Part shown: piece after piece, positions 23,148-33,453 of the stretch | How positions within the stretch are numbered: the first letter of the stretch is position 1 | How the letters are laid out: every line of letters begins with the position of its first letter | IMG/VR virus record: IMGVR_UViG_3300042317_001568 | Location: 1-64,000 of that record | DNA: 64,000 bases | Strand: one strand, 5' to 3' | Program-made: the position numbers and the translations under genes | The notes under the pieces: generated by a model | What the model was told of the DNA's origin: nothing | What the model saw: the letters and a program-made list of their open reading frames with translations, nothing else | Databases searched by the model: none

Positions 23148-24419
23148 ATGCCGCCGTTTGTATACCGTAGTTTAAAAGACTTCATGCGCGCGTCAGCTAC
23201 GGCTCAGACGCGCCAAGAGCTTTTACAAAAACTCATAACCACCGCCGCAAAACGTAAAGCCCAATTCCACGTCGACGCCACTGACGCACGACTTGTCACA
23301 TCTCCGGAGACTTTTGGCATGAACCTCAGCAAACAAATCATGAATAAGCAAGCCAACATGGCCCTGCTTCGACAAATTCTCAGCCCGGCGATGAAGCAAC
23401 TGCAAACAGGTGCCGCAAAAACAATGGGCGGCTTGAAGACTTACGGCAAACGGCTTATGGGCGATTCAACCGTGCGACCGATTCGTAACCGCATTAATGT
23501 AATAAAGGACGTAGAGCGTGATTTGGCGCATAATATTCCCAACCCAAAAAACGTAGCGGTAAACAGCTTGCGTTACAACCCGCGCGCGGTTGGTAATCCA
23601 ACGCAAGCTGTGGCAGATGCGCGACGGGCCCGAAATATTGGCTTTGAAGCGTACAAAGATTTAAACACGCAAAGTTTGGACTCGTATGACGCGTTGTTTA
23701 AAGAATTGGAAGCTATCCGCAGGACACGCCTGTATACAGGTGGCGCCGTTTCCGGGGCCACGCTTGGCGTTATTGGCGACGCGGCATTAAAGAACACTGC
23801 CGGCACCAAGCAATCCATGACTATGCCGCAGCCGTCGTCACGCGGCCAGACTAAGAAAGTACAAATGCCCGAAGCAAGCCTAACTAAACCGGACTGCGAT
23901 CCGGAAGGAGTTCAGATGAGTAACAACAAGCAAGCGTTTATGGGTCTCGGCGCATTAGCCGGTATGGCAACGGCCCCGAACAAAGAAGAAGAGGACCTCT
24001 CGATTGGCCGCGGTGCGTTGCGTGGTGCCGGCACAGCTTTAGGTGCTAGTGCTGGTGCTGGTATTGGCGGAATTGGCGGAGCTGGTATTGGCGCAATTGG
24101 TGGCGGGCTACTAGGCGCACTTGCAGGCGCATTTGGAAAGAAGCCAGTTGGACCCGGTCGTCATACCTTGTTGCCTTTAGGTCAACGTGTCGCCAATGGT
24201 GCGGTCGCCGGCGGTGGCCTCGGCGCTCTTGCTGGTATTCCCGCCGGCGCGATTTATGGGGGCATCAAGGGCAACAAGGCTACCAAAGCCCTGCTCGACA
24301 AGAGCGCCCCGATTAGCGAAAAGAAGAAAGACAAGAAAGACGACAAAGAAGACGACAAGGAAGTGAAAGAAGCTGCTGCTGTCGTACTTGCTCAGCTGAA
24401 ACGCAATCACAACAAGTGA
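23148..24419 (+). CDS. Putative virion/inner-head protein with glycine-zipper segments
   Basis: GAG(I/L)GG repeats; KQA/KQS/KEA motifs. Confidence 0.7.
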   Translation: MPPFVYRSLKDFMRASATAQTRQELLQKLITTAAKRKAQFHVDATDARLVTSPETFGMNLSKQIMNKQANMALLRQILSPAMKQLQTGAAKTMGGLKTYGKRLMGDSTVRPIRNRINVIKDVERDLAHNIPNPKNVAVNSLRYNPRAVGNPTQAVADARRARNIGFEAYKDLNTQSLDSYDALFKELEAIRRTRLYTGGAVSGATLGVIGDAALKNTAGTKQSMTMPQPSSRGQTKKVQMPEASLTKPDCDPEGVQMSNNKQAFMGLGALAGMATAPNKEEEDLSIGRGALRGAGTALGASAGAGIGGIGGAGIGAIGGGLLGALAGAFGKKPVGPGRHTLLPLGQRVANGAVAGGGLGALAGIPAGAIYGGIKGNKATKALLDKSAPISEKKKDKKDDKEDDKEVKEAAAVVLAQLKRNHNK

Positions 24420-24420
24420 G

Positions 24421-24825
24421 TTGACTATGAACGCATTTCAATTCGGCCAGTCGGTCGCGCAGTTTATTAAACAAGCTGACGACATGTACAACAAATACCA
24501 GTCCAGCGGTCACGCGGGGACAATGTCGTACGAGGACTTTTTAGAGGCCCACGACGACGGGCCGACACCGCCCCAAGCCCCGACAACGCCAGAAATGCCC
24601 TCGACACCCGCAGCACCAGCCCAGCCGCAAGGCGGTTTCTTTTCTCGCATGGGCGCGAAAGCAGACGCCGCAGTAGCTTTACCCGGTCAAGTCGCCAAGG
24701 GTGTTTACAATTGGGGCACCCGGCCGCTTAATCAATCGTATCCCAACACCTTTAACTCGGCGCCAAAACCACCCAATCCGCAGTGGGAAGCCCAGCGTCA
24801 AAACTTCGAAGGGTCGATGTTTTAG
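24421..24825 (+). CDS. Putative inner-head protein
   Basis: AFQFG...IKQA N-terminus; Pro-rich. Confidence 0.7.
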   Translation: MTMNAFQFGQSVAQFIKQADDMYNKYQSSGHAGTMSYEDFLEAHDDGPTPPQAPTTPEMPSTPAAPAQPQGGFFSRMGAKADAAVALPGQVAKGVYNWGTRPLNQSYPNTFNSAPKPPNPQWEAQRQNFEGSMF

Positions 24826-24919
24826 GCGTAAATTAACGCAAAAAAACCCTCTGCGACAACCTATAGTCATACCTGTATAATCAAGCCCTGCTGGCAAGGA
24901 CGCCACAGGGAGAGCAGGC

Positions 24920-25267
24920 ATGGCAGCCAAATTTTACAATTACAAGATTCTCCTGTCGGCGCTCAAAAAAAAGTGCCCCGCGGCGTACCCAGTTAGCGTT
25001 CGTCGCGTTAAATTAACGAATTTTGAAGGGCGTTGCTGGAAACACGGCAAGCACTTTCATATTCAGGTCGACAGCAAGCTTGACGAACATCGGGCGATTG
25101 GCGTGCTTTTACACGAATGGGCGCACGCCCGGGCTTGGAATCACCGGCTAGACGCTGCCGATACCGACGAGCTTTTTAATAGCCTCGCTCACGACGCAAC
25201 GTGGGGTGTGGCGTATGCCGAAGTGTACGTCGTTTACGAGCGTGCGTTGACGGTTGCGCCGCTGTAA
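24920..25267 (+). CDS. Small HExxH metallopeptidase-like protein
   Basis: VLLHEWAH; GGAGAG RBS; GCGACA-N17-TATAAT upstream. Confidence 0.7.
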   Translation: MAAKFYNYKILLSALKKKCPAAYPVSVRRVKLTNFEGRCWKHGKHFHIQVDSKLDEHRAIGVLLHEWAHARAWNHRLDAADTDELFNSLAHDATWGVAYAEVYVVYERALTVAPL

Positions 25268-25518
25268 TGAGTGCGCGAAATAACGGTTCAGAGCCGCTTT
25301 CTCGGCAAACTCTGCTGTCTTGGGGCCGGTGCTGCGGGCGCAAATGCGTCAATTGCCCGTATATTCCTCGGCACAAACGCGGCGCTACAGAAACAACATT
25401 GGCTTGTATATGTTACGTCTGTGCGGGTACACTAGTAGAGATTCGCGGGAAACAAATTTGTAGCCAATGCCGCACAATTAATGAGACCTGTTGTGACGGC
25501 GGGCAGTGTCATTTTTAA
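25267..25518 (+). CDS. Small Cys-rich Zn-binding protein
   Basis: GRCCGRKCVNCPY, CYVC, CSQC. Confidence 0.65.
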   Translation: MSARNNGSEPLSRQTLLSWGRCCGRKCVNCPYIPRHKRGATETTLACICYVCAGTLVEIRGKQICSQCRTINETCCDGGQCHF

Positions 25519-26390
25519 CAACGAGTCTGCTCATGCCGCCAGCATTTACGGCGTTATCGCTTTACAAAATTGCCGTCATGGAAGGCGCCCCCAATGTTCC
25601 AGAGCGCACGTGGGGGCAGTTTGGCCGACAACTAGCATTTGGAAAGGGCCTTTCGCACATTCTCGATGCCGACAATCGCGGCATGGTGGCGGACGCGGCG
25701 CTGTATTCAAACCCATTTACTGGCGTTCCCACAGCCGTCCTCGATACTGGCCGCCATCTCTGGAACGGGCGATTTGGTAGTGCGCTCGGCTCGGCCGCGA
25801 TGGGCACCGTAAGTTTTCTCCCCGGAGCTGGTAGCGCTCTTGGTGTCGCTGGCCGTGGTGCGCTTGGTGCGGCAAAGGGTGTAGCCGGTGCTGCGGCAAA
25901 GGGCGTCGCTGGTCAAGCTGCGCGATCTGCCGCCCGGCAAGCTACCAGTAGCGGAGCACGCGCCGTCACGAATACACTGGCCTCCGCCGGTCGCCGAATG
26001 GGTTCCAGCTCGCTCGACAATGCAGCGCTGGCAGCTAACAACTACGCGCGTTCTGGCGCCCAAGCTGTTGGTAACGCGCAGCGCTCATTTGTTCAAGGCG
26101 CTGAACAAATACTTCCCGGCGGTTTCCAGTACAAATCGTGGCAACACGGACTCCAGAATCCGCTGTCTAATGGCGCAGGTGGTTGGGGTATGCGGTCGCC
26201 TGTAGCTGGCGGCCGCTATTTGCCGTCAATAAGCAAGTCAGTGCGCTCCGGCATTGACACTGTCGCGCAGAATCCGCTGAGCTCGGCTACGTTCTTCCAT
26301 GATTACGGCGCTGGCGGCGCATTCGACCCAACGAATACGCAAGCGTACGACGACGCGCACAGACAATGGCTTAACGAACAATTCAAGTAA
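25506..26390 (+). CDS. Gly/Ala-rich putative virion protein
   Basis: Low-complexity G/A helices. Confidence 0.7.
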   Translation: MSFLTTSLLMPPAFTALSLYKIAVMEGAPNVPERTWGQFGRQLAFGKGLSHILDADNRGMVADAALYSNPFTGVPTAVLDTGRHLWNGRFGSALGSAAMGTVSFLPGAGSALGVAGRGALGAAKGVAGAAAKGVAGQAARSAARQATSSGARAVTNTLASAGRRMGSSSLDNAALAANNYARSGAQAVGNAQRSFVQGAEQILPGGFQYKSWQHGLQNPLSNGAGGWGMRSPVAGGRYLPSISKSVRSGIDTVAQNPLSSATFFHDYGAGGAFDPTNTQAYDDAHRQWLNEQFK

Positions 26391-26401
26391 GAGTACACAC
26401 T

Positions 26402-27028
26402 ATGACACCATTTGAATTTGGCTGCCAATGCAGCCAGTTTGAAAAGCAATCGTTAAATCCAATTCTGGGCGGCTTGCTTCACGGCGGCAAAAAGATTGTC
26501 AAAGGTCTTGGCGGCATTGATAACGCTGCCGGCGGTCTGATGCGCAGTGTTGGTTCTTTGTCGGGCGGCATCGGCAAACTGTTTGGTTCTGCCGGGCAAA
26601 TGGCCAAACCGGTTGGACAAGCCATTACCCGTGGCGGCGAAGCAATGGCCAACACGAATATCAAAAATGAAACCGCCCGCGACCTTATTCGCATGCTCGG
26701 CTATGCCACGAAAACAACCGGTAAGGGCATAACGGCATCTGGTGGCGGCGCAAATATTGTCGGCGGCGGTTTTAACCTGCTCGACAAAGGTTTAAAACGC
26801 GTTGGTAATTTTGGTTACGGCGTGCCGACGCTTGGCACGTTAGGTTTGGGCGGCGCTGGATTCCAAGCTGGTGTGTTGCAAAACCCTGTGCGGATTGCGC
26901 CCAGCAATGACCACATTGACGTTCGGTCGCCCGTGACGCTGCCTGTTGCCGTACGCAACATGTTCGACGAGCCGGCTCCGCGGCGTCCTCGTCCCAAATA
27001 CACTGCTTCCGGCAAACGCATTCGTTAA
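26402..27028 (+). CDS. Gly-rich putative inner-head protein
   Basis: MTPFEFG...FEKQS N-terminus. Confidence 0.7.
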   Translation: MTPFEFGCQCSQFEKQSLNPILGGLLHGGKKIVKGLGGIDNAAGGLMRSVGSLSGGIGKLFGSAGQMAKPVGQAITRGGEAMANTNIKNETARDLIRMLGYATKTTGKGITASGGGANIVGGGFNLLDKGLKRVGNFGYGVPTLGTLGLGGAGFQAGVLQNPVRIAPSNDHIDVRSPVTLPVAVRNMFDEPAPRRPRPKYTASGKRIR

Positions 27029-27038
27029 GGAGAACCAC

Positions 27039-29225
27039 ATGTCGCATTATCACTATGATTTCGAAAAAGAAGCCGTTAAAGGTAAATTCCTCAAAGCGCT
27101 GCTTGGTGGCGCGAAAGACCTCGCTGTTCGCGGCGGCTCGACTGCGCTGGACTTTGGAAAAAAGATGGTCAGCCCCGGAACGAGCGCGTATCAGGCTGCA
27201 AAAGCGACTGGCAAATCCACTGCCCGCGCTCTTGGCGAAGCAACAAAAGATCAGGCTGTTGCGGCCGGCAAAGTCATGGGCGACGCCGGCACTGCGGTAT
27301 ACAACAATCCAACAGCGCAATCAGTAGGTAAAAAAGTAACTGAAACGCTATCTCCTGTAACATCTCGCGTCGGCCGCGTTGGTCAGTTTACGACAGACGT
27401 AAGCCGTAACGCGTTAAACATGGGCGATGATGCTGTGGCTCGGATGCGCGGACAAAACCGGCCCGCTGGCGCAGGTTGGGGACTCGGCGACGCAATAATT
27501 TCGCCGACGGCTAAAAATCCTTCGTCGTTACGAAATGTCGGTGTCGGCAGCGGCGTACTATACGGCGGTGCTCGCGCAACTGGCCTTACGGGCGGCAGCA
27601 ACGATCCGCAAGACGACGTTTATACGCCTGTGGCTCCCGGCGCTCAAATGCCGCGGCCTATTCAAAACTATTCGGGCGGCGGATTTTTAGGCGGTATTCC
27701 GAAAGAGATGCAATACGCCGCAGCCGCTGGCGTACCGCTCGCGCTCCTTGGCGCTTACATGGGCGGCGGCAAAGGTCTCGCGACGGGCGCTCTTGGTTTG
27801 GGCGCGCTTGGTCTTGGCGCCGCGGGCTCTGGCTACTTTGGTGACGGCGCTCGGCGAATGGTCGGCCAAGGCGCCAACAGCCTTATGGGGTTATTTGGTG
27901 GCAACCAGAATGGCGACATGATGTCCCAGATTGAACAGCTCAGCAATCTAAGCCCCGAGTTTGGCGTTACTATGTTAATGGGTAAGAATCCCGGGCTGTC
28001 ACGCGAAGACGCTGAGCAGATGTATCACTTTTTGACGCAAAACAAGGGCGTGATTTCCAAGATGGCTCCGATGATTACTGGAGCTAAGACGCCAATGGCC
28101 AAGGCCGGTGCTTTGCGGGCAATCTCGTCGGAGCTGGAAAAGGCCGCCCGATGCTGGAAGGGTTACGAGCCTGTTCCGGGTAAAGCGCCATATAGCAACA
28201 ATTCGTGCCGGCCTGCTGGCAGCGGCAAGAAAAAGAAAAAACAGGAAAAAACTTCGGCTTACACCTCTAACCATGAAAGTGACAACATGCTTACTCCGTA
28301 CGACTTTGGGCGGGCTCTTGTGAAGAGCGCCGCGTTTCCGTTTGACGCAAACAATGTGTTAACGTCTGGCGCTGGCGGCTCTATGTCCGGCGGCAGTTCG
28401 CCGACAATGTCGTTAGCTAATCCCGCCGTACATAACGTTTCTATGCAGGCCAAGCCGGTCGCGAAGCCAATGGTCAATCGCCCAGCAGCTCCGGCACCCG
28501 CGGCCGCTAAAAGCCTTACGGGCGGTTTCTCGGCTAATCAGGCGCCCATGACTGGCACGAGCCCTACCGGTCGTCGCTGGGATATGAAAGACAATCCCAT
28601 GCAGGCGAACGCCGTAGGCAGCATGCCTGTTCCTACGCTTTCGTTAGCGCGACCTGACGGTATGCGGCCGCAACACACGCTTACTACTAGCGGCACGCGT
28701 CCCGGGCAGGTAACGCCCGTTGCTCCGGCAAACACGCCGGTTGTTCGACCCTCTGCTGCGCCAAAGATGGCCCCGACACAGGCCGCTACTCCCGCAGCCA
28801 AACCGGCAATGACCGCCGAAGATTATTCGTCGCAAGCCAAGAGGATGCTGGCTGAGCTTAACGCGCGTGTGCGCGCTAATGGCGGTGTAACATCTGACTA
28901 CAAGCAGGTCAGTGATCAAGCGAATGCGCTGCTCGATCGCGCGAACAAGATGCGCAATGCTCCGGGATATAAGCCGGGAGCTAACGAGCAGAACATCGCG
29001 CAAGTGCAGCAACTAAACGCTGACCGTGCCCGTGCCGGCGGCGAAGTGGCTAATATTGGACAGCGCATGCAGGCGATCAACAACGCTAGCCGCGACTACG
29101 ACACAGCGTCGTGGAACCGCGCTACGCAGGGCATTCCGCAGCGCATGCCTGTTGGCAATCCCTCGCGTGTTCCCATGAACGGCCCGCCGGTTCAAGGCGG
29201 TCCTGTTCAGGTCGCCAAGCGCTAG
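27039..29225 (+). CDS. Large modular Gly/Ala/Pro-rich putative virion protein
   Basis: AAGGAG RBS; EKEA, EKAA, EKTS and KSAA motifs; CWKGY module. Confidence 0.75.
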   Translation: MSHYHYDFEKEAVKGKFLKALLGGAKDLAVRGGSTALDFGKKMVSPGTSAYQAAKATGKSTARALGEATKDQAVAAGKVMGDAGTAVYNNPTAQSVGKKVTETLSPVTSRVGRVGQFTTDVSRNALNMGDDAVARMRGQNRPAGAGWGLGDAIISPTAKNPSSLRNVGVGSGVLYGGARATGLTGGSNDPQDDVYTPVAPGAQMPRPIQNYSGGGFLGGIPKEMQYAAAAGVPLALLGAYMGGGKGLATGALGLGALGLGAAGSGYFGDGARRMVGQGANSLMGLFGGNQNGDMMSQIEQLSNLSPEFGVTMLMGKNPGLSREDAEQMYHFLTQNKGVISKMAPMITGAKTPMAKAGALRAISSELEKAARCWKGYEPVPGKAPYSNNSCRPAGSGKKKKKQEKTSAYTSNHESDNMLTPYDFGRALVKSAAFPFDANNVLTSGAGGSMSGGSSPTMSLANPAVHNVSMQAKPVAKPMVNRPAAPAPAAAKSLTGGFSANQAPMTGTSPTGRRWDMKDNPMQANAVGSMPVPTLSLARPDGMRPQHTLTTSGTRPGQVTPVAPANTPVVRPSAAPKMAPTQAATPAAKPAMTAEDYSSQAKRMLAELNARVRANGGVTSDYKQVSDQANALLDRANKMRNAPGYKPGANEQNIAQVQQLNADRARAGGEVANIGQRMQAINNASRDYDTASWNRATQGIPQRMPVGNPSRVPMNGPPVQGGPVQVAKR

Positions 29226-29228
29226 TAA

Positions 29229-29897
29229 TTAAAAACACGGCATAAGACTCGCCATGTTGATTAAACCGTTTCCGTGAAACAGCAGCGGCGTCGTGTCGAA
29301 CTGTTTGTTACGAATGGTCGTGCCGTCGATCACGAAGTCTGGCATATTAACGCCAGCGCCGACGCTACCGTTGTACAACGACTGAAACACCCGACACTCG
29401 TAGTCTAGCGCGAGTAAACCCGGCTGCGATAAGAACAGCAACGACAGCGCGTGCTGGTCGTCGCCGACCCGTACGATGTCTTCGAGCATCTCGTCGTACA
29501 TGCGTTTGACCGCGCTGACTTTACCGGCATAAAGCCCAGCATTGAGATAACGCCACTTACCGGGCGCTTTGGGATACTTTTGGGCAAGCTCTGCGGCCGG
29601 AAAACAGTTTGTCTCGGCATTGAACGTGACTTTGTCTAAATCAAAGTGCGTCTCTACGGCGTCGCGCAGTGTTTCTGCCGTGCACCCATTGAATGGCAAA
29701 ACGTCGTAGCCATCTAACAACACAATGATGTCGTCGTCCGGCAGTGATTTGACAAACTCGTGGACGCCGAAGGCTTTGGCGTAAAAGCTCCCGGTCCACG
29801 CAATAAGATTAGGCACAAACTCAATCGGGAGTTTCTGCCGTAACTGCCGTAAGTTTGAATGATCAGCATTTGTGACGTAAGTCAAGATTTTCAACAT
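29229..29897 (-). CDS. GT-A glycosyltransferase resembling the PLOD/procollagen glycosyltransferase domain
   Basis: LLDGYDV, AETNCFP, YLNAGLYAG, DDQ, LDY..VFQ, FHGNG. Confidence 0.8.
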   Translation of the reverse strand: MLKILTYVTNADHSNLRQLRQKLPIEFVPNLIAWTGSFYAKAFGVHEFVKSLPDDDIIVLLDGYDVLPFNGCTAETLRDAVETHFDLDKVTFNAETNCFPAAELAQKYPKAPGKWRYLNAGLYAGKVSAVKRMYDEMLEDIVRVGDDQHALSLLFLSQPGLLALDYECRVFQSLYNGSVGAGVNMPDFVIDGTTIRNKQFDTTPLLFHGNGLINMASLMPCF

Positions 29898-30002
29898 GAA
29901 TTTTTCTTTCGTGTGGAATAGTATCGTTTAGTCGTTAAGCGCGTTTGTTAAAATAGCGGTGGGTTAGTCAATGTCTCTAACCACTCTTATGAGGACCATC
30001 GC

Positions 30003-30701
30003 ATGGCGCGCAACTCTCGCAAGGCGGCACGGGTGCAACGAAAAGAACAAAAACAGGAGAAACAGGCACAGAATATTTATACACCACTTAACATTGAATT
30101 ACGTACAGAAACACAGAATCTTGCGTGGAAGACAATGGAAGATAAGCTGGTGACGTTTTTGCTCGGGGCAGCGGGCTCCGGTAAGACATTCTTGGCCATG
30201 GCATACGCGATCAACGCCGTGCTGACTCGCCAATGCGAGAAAATCGTTCTTACACGCCCCATTGTCGAATCGGGCGAGAAGCTGGGATTTCTCCCCGGCT
30301 CATTTGGTGAAAAAGTCAACCCGTACATGCAGCCCCTGTATGACGCCCTCGAAGTCATGGTTGGACGAGGCGGCGGTCAGCGGGAAGTCATCAACAAAGC
30401 TATTGTGCTGGCGCCGCTGTGCTATATGCGCGGTAGAACGTTCGATAACTCTATTTGCGTTTTTGACGAAGCCCAGAACGCGAGCTACATGCAACTAAAG
30501 CTCTTTCTGAGCCGGTTTGGGCAGAATACGCAATTTATTATCACTGGTGACCCAGAGCAGAGTGACCTGTATTCGCGCGACGTGCCTTTAATGGATGTCG
30601 TGAAGAAGCTGCAGTCCGTGGGCGAAATCGGCACAATCCGTTTCGATAACGCCGACATTGTGCGCCATCCATTGATATCAAAAATACTCAAGAAACTCTG
30701 A
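30003..30701 (+). CDS. phoH: PhoH-like ATPase
   Basis: GAAGSGKT, LTRPIVESGEKLGFLPG, YMRGRTF, DEAQN, GDPEQSD, IVRHPLI. Confidence 0.95.
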   Translation: MARNSRKAARVQRKEQKQEKQAQNIYTPLNIELRTETQNLAWKTMEDKLVTFLLGAAGSGKTFLAMAYAINAVLTRQCEKIVLTRPIVESGEKLGFLPGSFGEKVNPYMQPLYDALEVMVGRGGGQREVINKAIVLAPLCYMRGRTFDNSICVFDEAQNASYMQLKLFLSRFGQNTQFIITGDPEQSDLYSRDVPLMDVVKKLQSVGEIGTIRFDNADIVRHPLISKILKKL

Positions 30702-30746
30702 AAACGCTGTTGCCGGCTTATTTAGACCGCGATACATTTATGTGCG

Positions 30747-31340
30747 TTGAATGGAGTCAACCACATGATGTTAACACTGTTTCCCGCGGCAAAGCAGATC
30801 AAGCTCGCAGAAAAACGTGAGCGGACAATGCGCGCTGAAATTCAAGCGCAAACTGGCCGAACACATCTTCGCAACTCAATTACTGCTGGCGCTGGAACGC
30901 TGGCAAGCTTGGTGTGCGAAGTCTGCCTGCGCGAGTTTTACGACCTCGAATTCTCGCCTGACGACGAGAAGCACGACTATGACCTCGTGCATCCGTTGCG
31001 TTTCGGCAAGATTGACAACAAGACTAAGATTCGTACAGTAGCGCCCAAGCCGGAATACCTCGGCACTGTGGCGTCGTACAACACGCGGCAGCAGTGTGAC
31101 TTCTACTGCTTTACGAGCATTCTCAAAGATTTCAGCCAGATGTGGATCGCTGGCTTTATGCCCAAAGCCGCGTTTGGCGAGCAAGCAGTATTTCACAAAA
31201 AAGGCGATATTGACCCAAGCTCAGACCGTGGTTGGCGTTTCAAAGCCGACTGCTGGAATATGCCATACGGCGACATGTGGACCCCGCCGGCACCCGACAA
31301 AATTGACGAGCGCTATTTAGTTTCGACAAACGTGACGTAA
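30747..31340 (+). CDS. Hypothetical phage protein, possibly nuclease-like (start uncertain)
   Basis: YDL...KIDNKTK pattern loosely resembling PD-(D/E)xK. Confidence 0.6.
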   Translation: MNGVNHMMLTLFPAAKQIKLAEKRERTMRAEIQAQTGRTHLRNSITAGAGTLASLVCEVCLREFYDLEFSPDDEKHDYDLVHPLRFGKIDNKTKIRTVAPKPEYLGTVASYNTRQQCDFYCFTSILKDFSQMWIAGFMPKAAFGEQAVFHKKGDIDPSSDRGWRFKADCWNMPYGDMWTPPAPDKIDERYLVSTNVT

Positions 31341-31352
31341 CAGGAGCTTCGC

Positions 31353-32297
31353 GTGCGCCGGATTCTGTTTTTTGTTGATTCGGAATGGGCATTTGGCAAT
31401 ATCCACAACTCGCTGCGTAAATGCCTGTACCCCGAATATGACTGCGACCTCATGTGCTGGTCGAAGGTCTACACAGCTGAGACGTTCAAGTACCTGATCG
31501 ACAAGTACGACTTGTTCTGGTCTACGCCAGCGGGTGCTTTTGCGCTGCACAGCTCGTACGGCGTGCCCAACGAAAAACTGGTCGGGCTCGCCCACCACGA
31601 CTTCGACATATCCAGCCCGATTGAGAAGGCACGCGCTGACCAACTCAACGGCTACGTCGGATCGCCAAAGCATTTTGCAGACCTGCGCGGTTTTGCTGTC
31701 GTGGGCAAGAAGCTGCTGACGACCTCGATTGCGTATGGCGTATCACGGCTGCCGACAATTCTGCCAATGGGCTTGCACACGCGCGAATATGTCAGGCCGA
31801 TGTCGACTGAAGTAAAACGTTTAGGTTATTTTGGCCGTCTAGAGCGGTTTGATCACCGCGACTTTGACAGCAAACGTGGCCGGCTTGCGATCGCCGCGGC
31901 TGAAAAGACCGGCATGACGTTATACGCGCCGCAGTTCCAGAAAGACATTCATTATTTGGCCACCAGCCAGATGTATCGAGACATCGACCTGCTGATGTTT
32001 TGTTCGCTGCAGGAGGGCCAACCGTGCACGGCGTTTGAGGCGTTAGCGTCCGGCGTGCCGGTCTTAGGCACCGCAGCGGGCGTGTTTGACGAGCTGGCTG
32101 AGTTTGGCGGCGGCGGTGTGCTGCCGTACGACGAAAACGCGTTCTTAGAGCAAGCGGTAGAAGTTATTCAGGCCCTTCAGGCCGACCACACGCTGTATGC
32201 TAAGATGCACTTTGCGGCCGTAGAAACCAGCAGAAACTTCGATTGGGCCGTATTAAAACCGACATGGCTTGAATACCTTGACGGGTTATTCGCATGA
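31353..32297 (+). CDS. Glycosyltransferase, GT-B fold (GT4-like)
   Basis: EGQPCTAFEALASGVPVLGT. Confidence 0.85.
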   Translation: MRRILFFVDSEWAFGNIHNSLRKCLYPEYDCDLMCWSKVYTAETFKYLIDKYDLFWSTPAGAFALHSSYGVPNEKLVGLAHHDFDISSPIEKARADQLNGYVGSPKHFADLRGFAVVGKKLLTTSIAYGVSRLPTILPMGLHTREYVRPMSTEVKRLGYFGRLERFDHRDFDSKRGRLAIAAAEKTGMTLYAPQFQKDIHYLATSQMYRDIDLLMFCSLQEGQPCTAFEALASGVPVLGTAAGVFDELAEFGGGGVLPYDENAFLEQAVEVIQALQADHTLYAKMHFAAVETSRNFDWAVLKPTWLEYLDGLFA

Positions 32298-32881
32298 TTG
32301 TCGATGTTGTGGTGGCGCGGTATTCAGAGCCGCTAGACTGGCTGGCCACAATCCCAGACGAGTGGCGCATCTTTGTATATGACAAAGGCGGCACGCCAGC
32401 ATTACAGAATGGCCCGCTAAAGCGCGCTATTATCACAATTCCGCGCCCCAACATCGGCCGCGATCTGGAAACGTTTTTGTGGCATAACTTGACGACCACG
32501 CACGCTGACTACACCATTTATTTACAGGGCCGTCCGTTTGACCACTGCGCTGACCCTATTCCGCGTGCCCAATCGGTTATTGCAAAAAAAGAGAAGCTCG
32601 GCTGGCTCGGCCCGACATGGGACGCCACATGGAACGCGCTCCCGCACCGACTGTGTGATTTAGGCACTGCGGAAGTCTGGCCGCAAATATTTCCCAACGA
32701 ACCAGTACCGGAAAACTTTCTGTTTCCAGCTGGCGCTCAGATGATCGTCCACCGCGATCGTTTGGTTGCGAGAACAAAAGAGTGGTGGTATAACGCGCAT
32801 CGGGTTTCGTTTACAAATGACTGGCGCATGCCGCACTGTATCGAGCGGTTTTGCCCGGCTATCTACGGCAGCACGCTTTAA
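32294..32881 (+). CDS. DUF3431-like protein (glycosyltransferase-associated)
   Basis: VVVARY-x-E-x-LDW, PNIGR, LQG-x-PFDH, FPAGAQ-x-IV, IER. Confidence 0.75.
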   Translation: MIVDVVVARYSEPLDWLATIPDEWRIFVYDKGGTPALQNGPLKRAIITIPRPNIGRDLETFLWHNLTTTHADYTIYLQGRPFDHCADPIPRAQSVIAKKEKLGWLGPTWDATWNALPHRLCDLGTAEVWPQIFPNEPVPENFLFPAGAQMIVHRDRLVARTKEWWYNAHRVSFTNDWRMPHCIERFCPAIYGSTL

Positions 32882-32890
32882 GGACATATC

Positions 32891-33376
32891 ATGACGCTCA
32901 GCGACTTTTTGCAATTAATGAACGCGGACCTACAGAACGAGTGGACGCATCTGCAGTTCTATCTTTATCACGCGTCGTCTGTAATCGGCATCCACGCCGC
33001 CGAATATCGAGAGTTTTTCTCGGAATCTGCTAAGGGAGAAATGCAGCATGTCCAGCAGTTTCTAGATCGGCTGTTTGGGCTGCACTTTAATCTGCCAAAT
33101 TCCAGCGGCAAACAGTTTCCGCTGTGTCGGAATACTGAAACGGCACTAGGCGAAGCTTTAAAGCTAGAAGAAGAAGTTATCAAGAACTACGCCACGCGGC
33201 TCGCACAACTTGACGCCCTGATGATCAACAATCCCGTTGAAGCGACGTACCTTCGTATTTTTTACGAAGATCAGCTGCAAGATAGCTACGAAGACTGTGA
33301 ACGTATTCGGCAGATTTTAGGCGATACTCTGGCACACGCTTTCCGGGCGCTCAACACGTCGACCGCCAAGGAATAA
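32891..33376 (+). CDS. Ferritin-like (bacterioferritin/Dps-fold) protein
   Basis: NEW..Y...EMQH...E...Y four-helix bundle pattern. Confidence 0.8.
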   Translation: MTLSDFLQLMNADLQNEWTHLQFYLYHASSVIGIHAAEYREFFSESAKGEMQHVQQFLDRLFGLHFNLPNSSGKQFPLCRNTETALGEALKLEEEVIKNYATRLAQLDALMINNPVEATYLRIFYEDQLQDSYEDCERIRQILGDTLAHAFRALNTSTAKE

Positions 33377-33381
33377 AACAA

Positions 33382-33453
33382 TGCCCGATAGCACAACGGT
33401 AGTGCGGCAAACTGTTAATTTGTAGGTTGTAGGTTCGAATCCTACTCGGGCAG
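33382..33453 (+). tRNA. tRNA-Asn(GUU)
   Basis: Acceptor TGCCCGA/TCGGGCA; GCAAA-CT-GTT-AA-TTTGT; G73. Confidence 0.95.

Noticed and set aside
29221-29248. Eighth copy of the promoter motif (AAAAACACGGCATAA)
   Set aside because: The upstream CTAAAT box is absent at 15-nt spacing, and the site overlaps a gene end.
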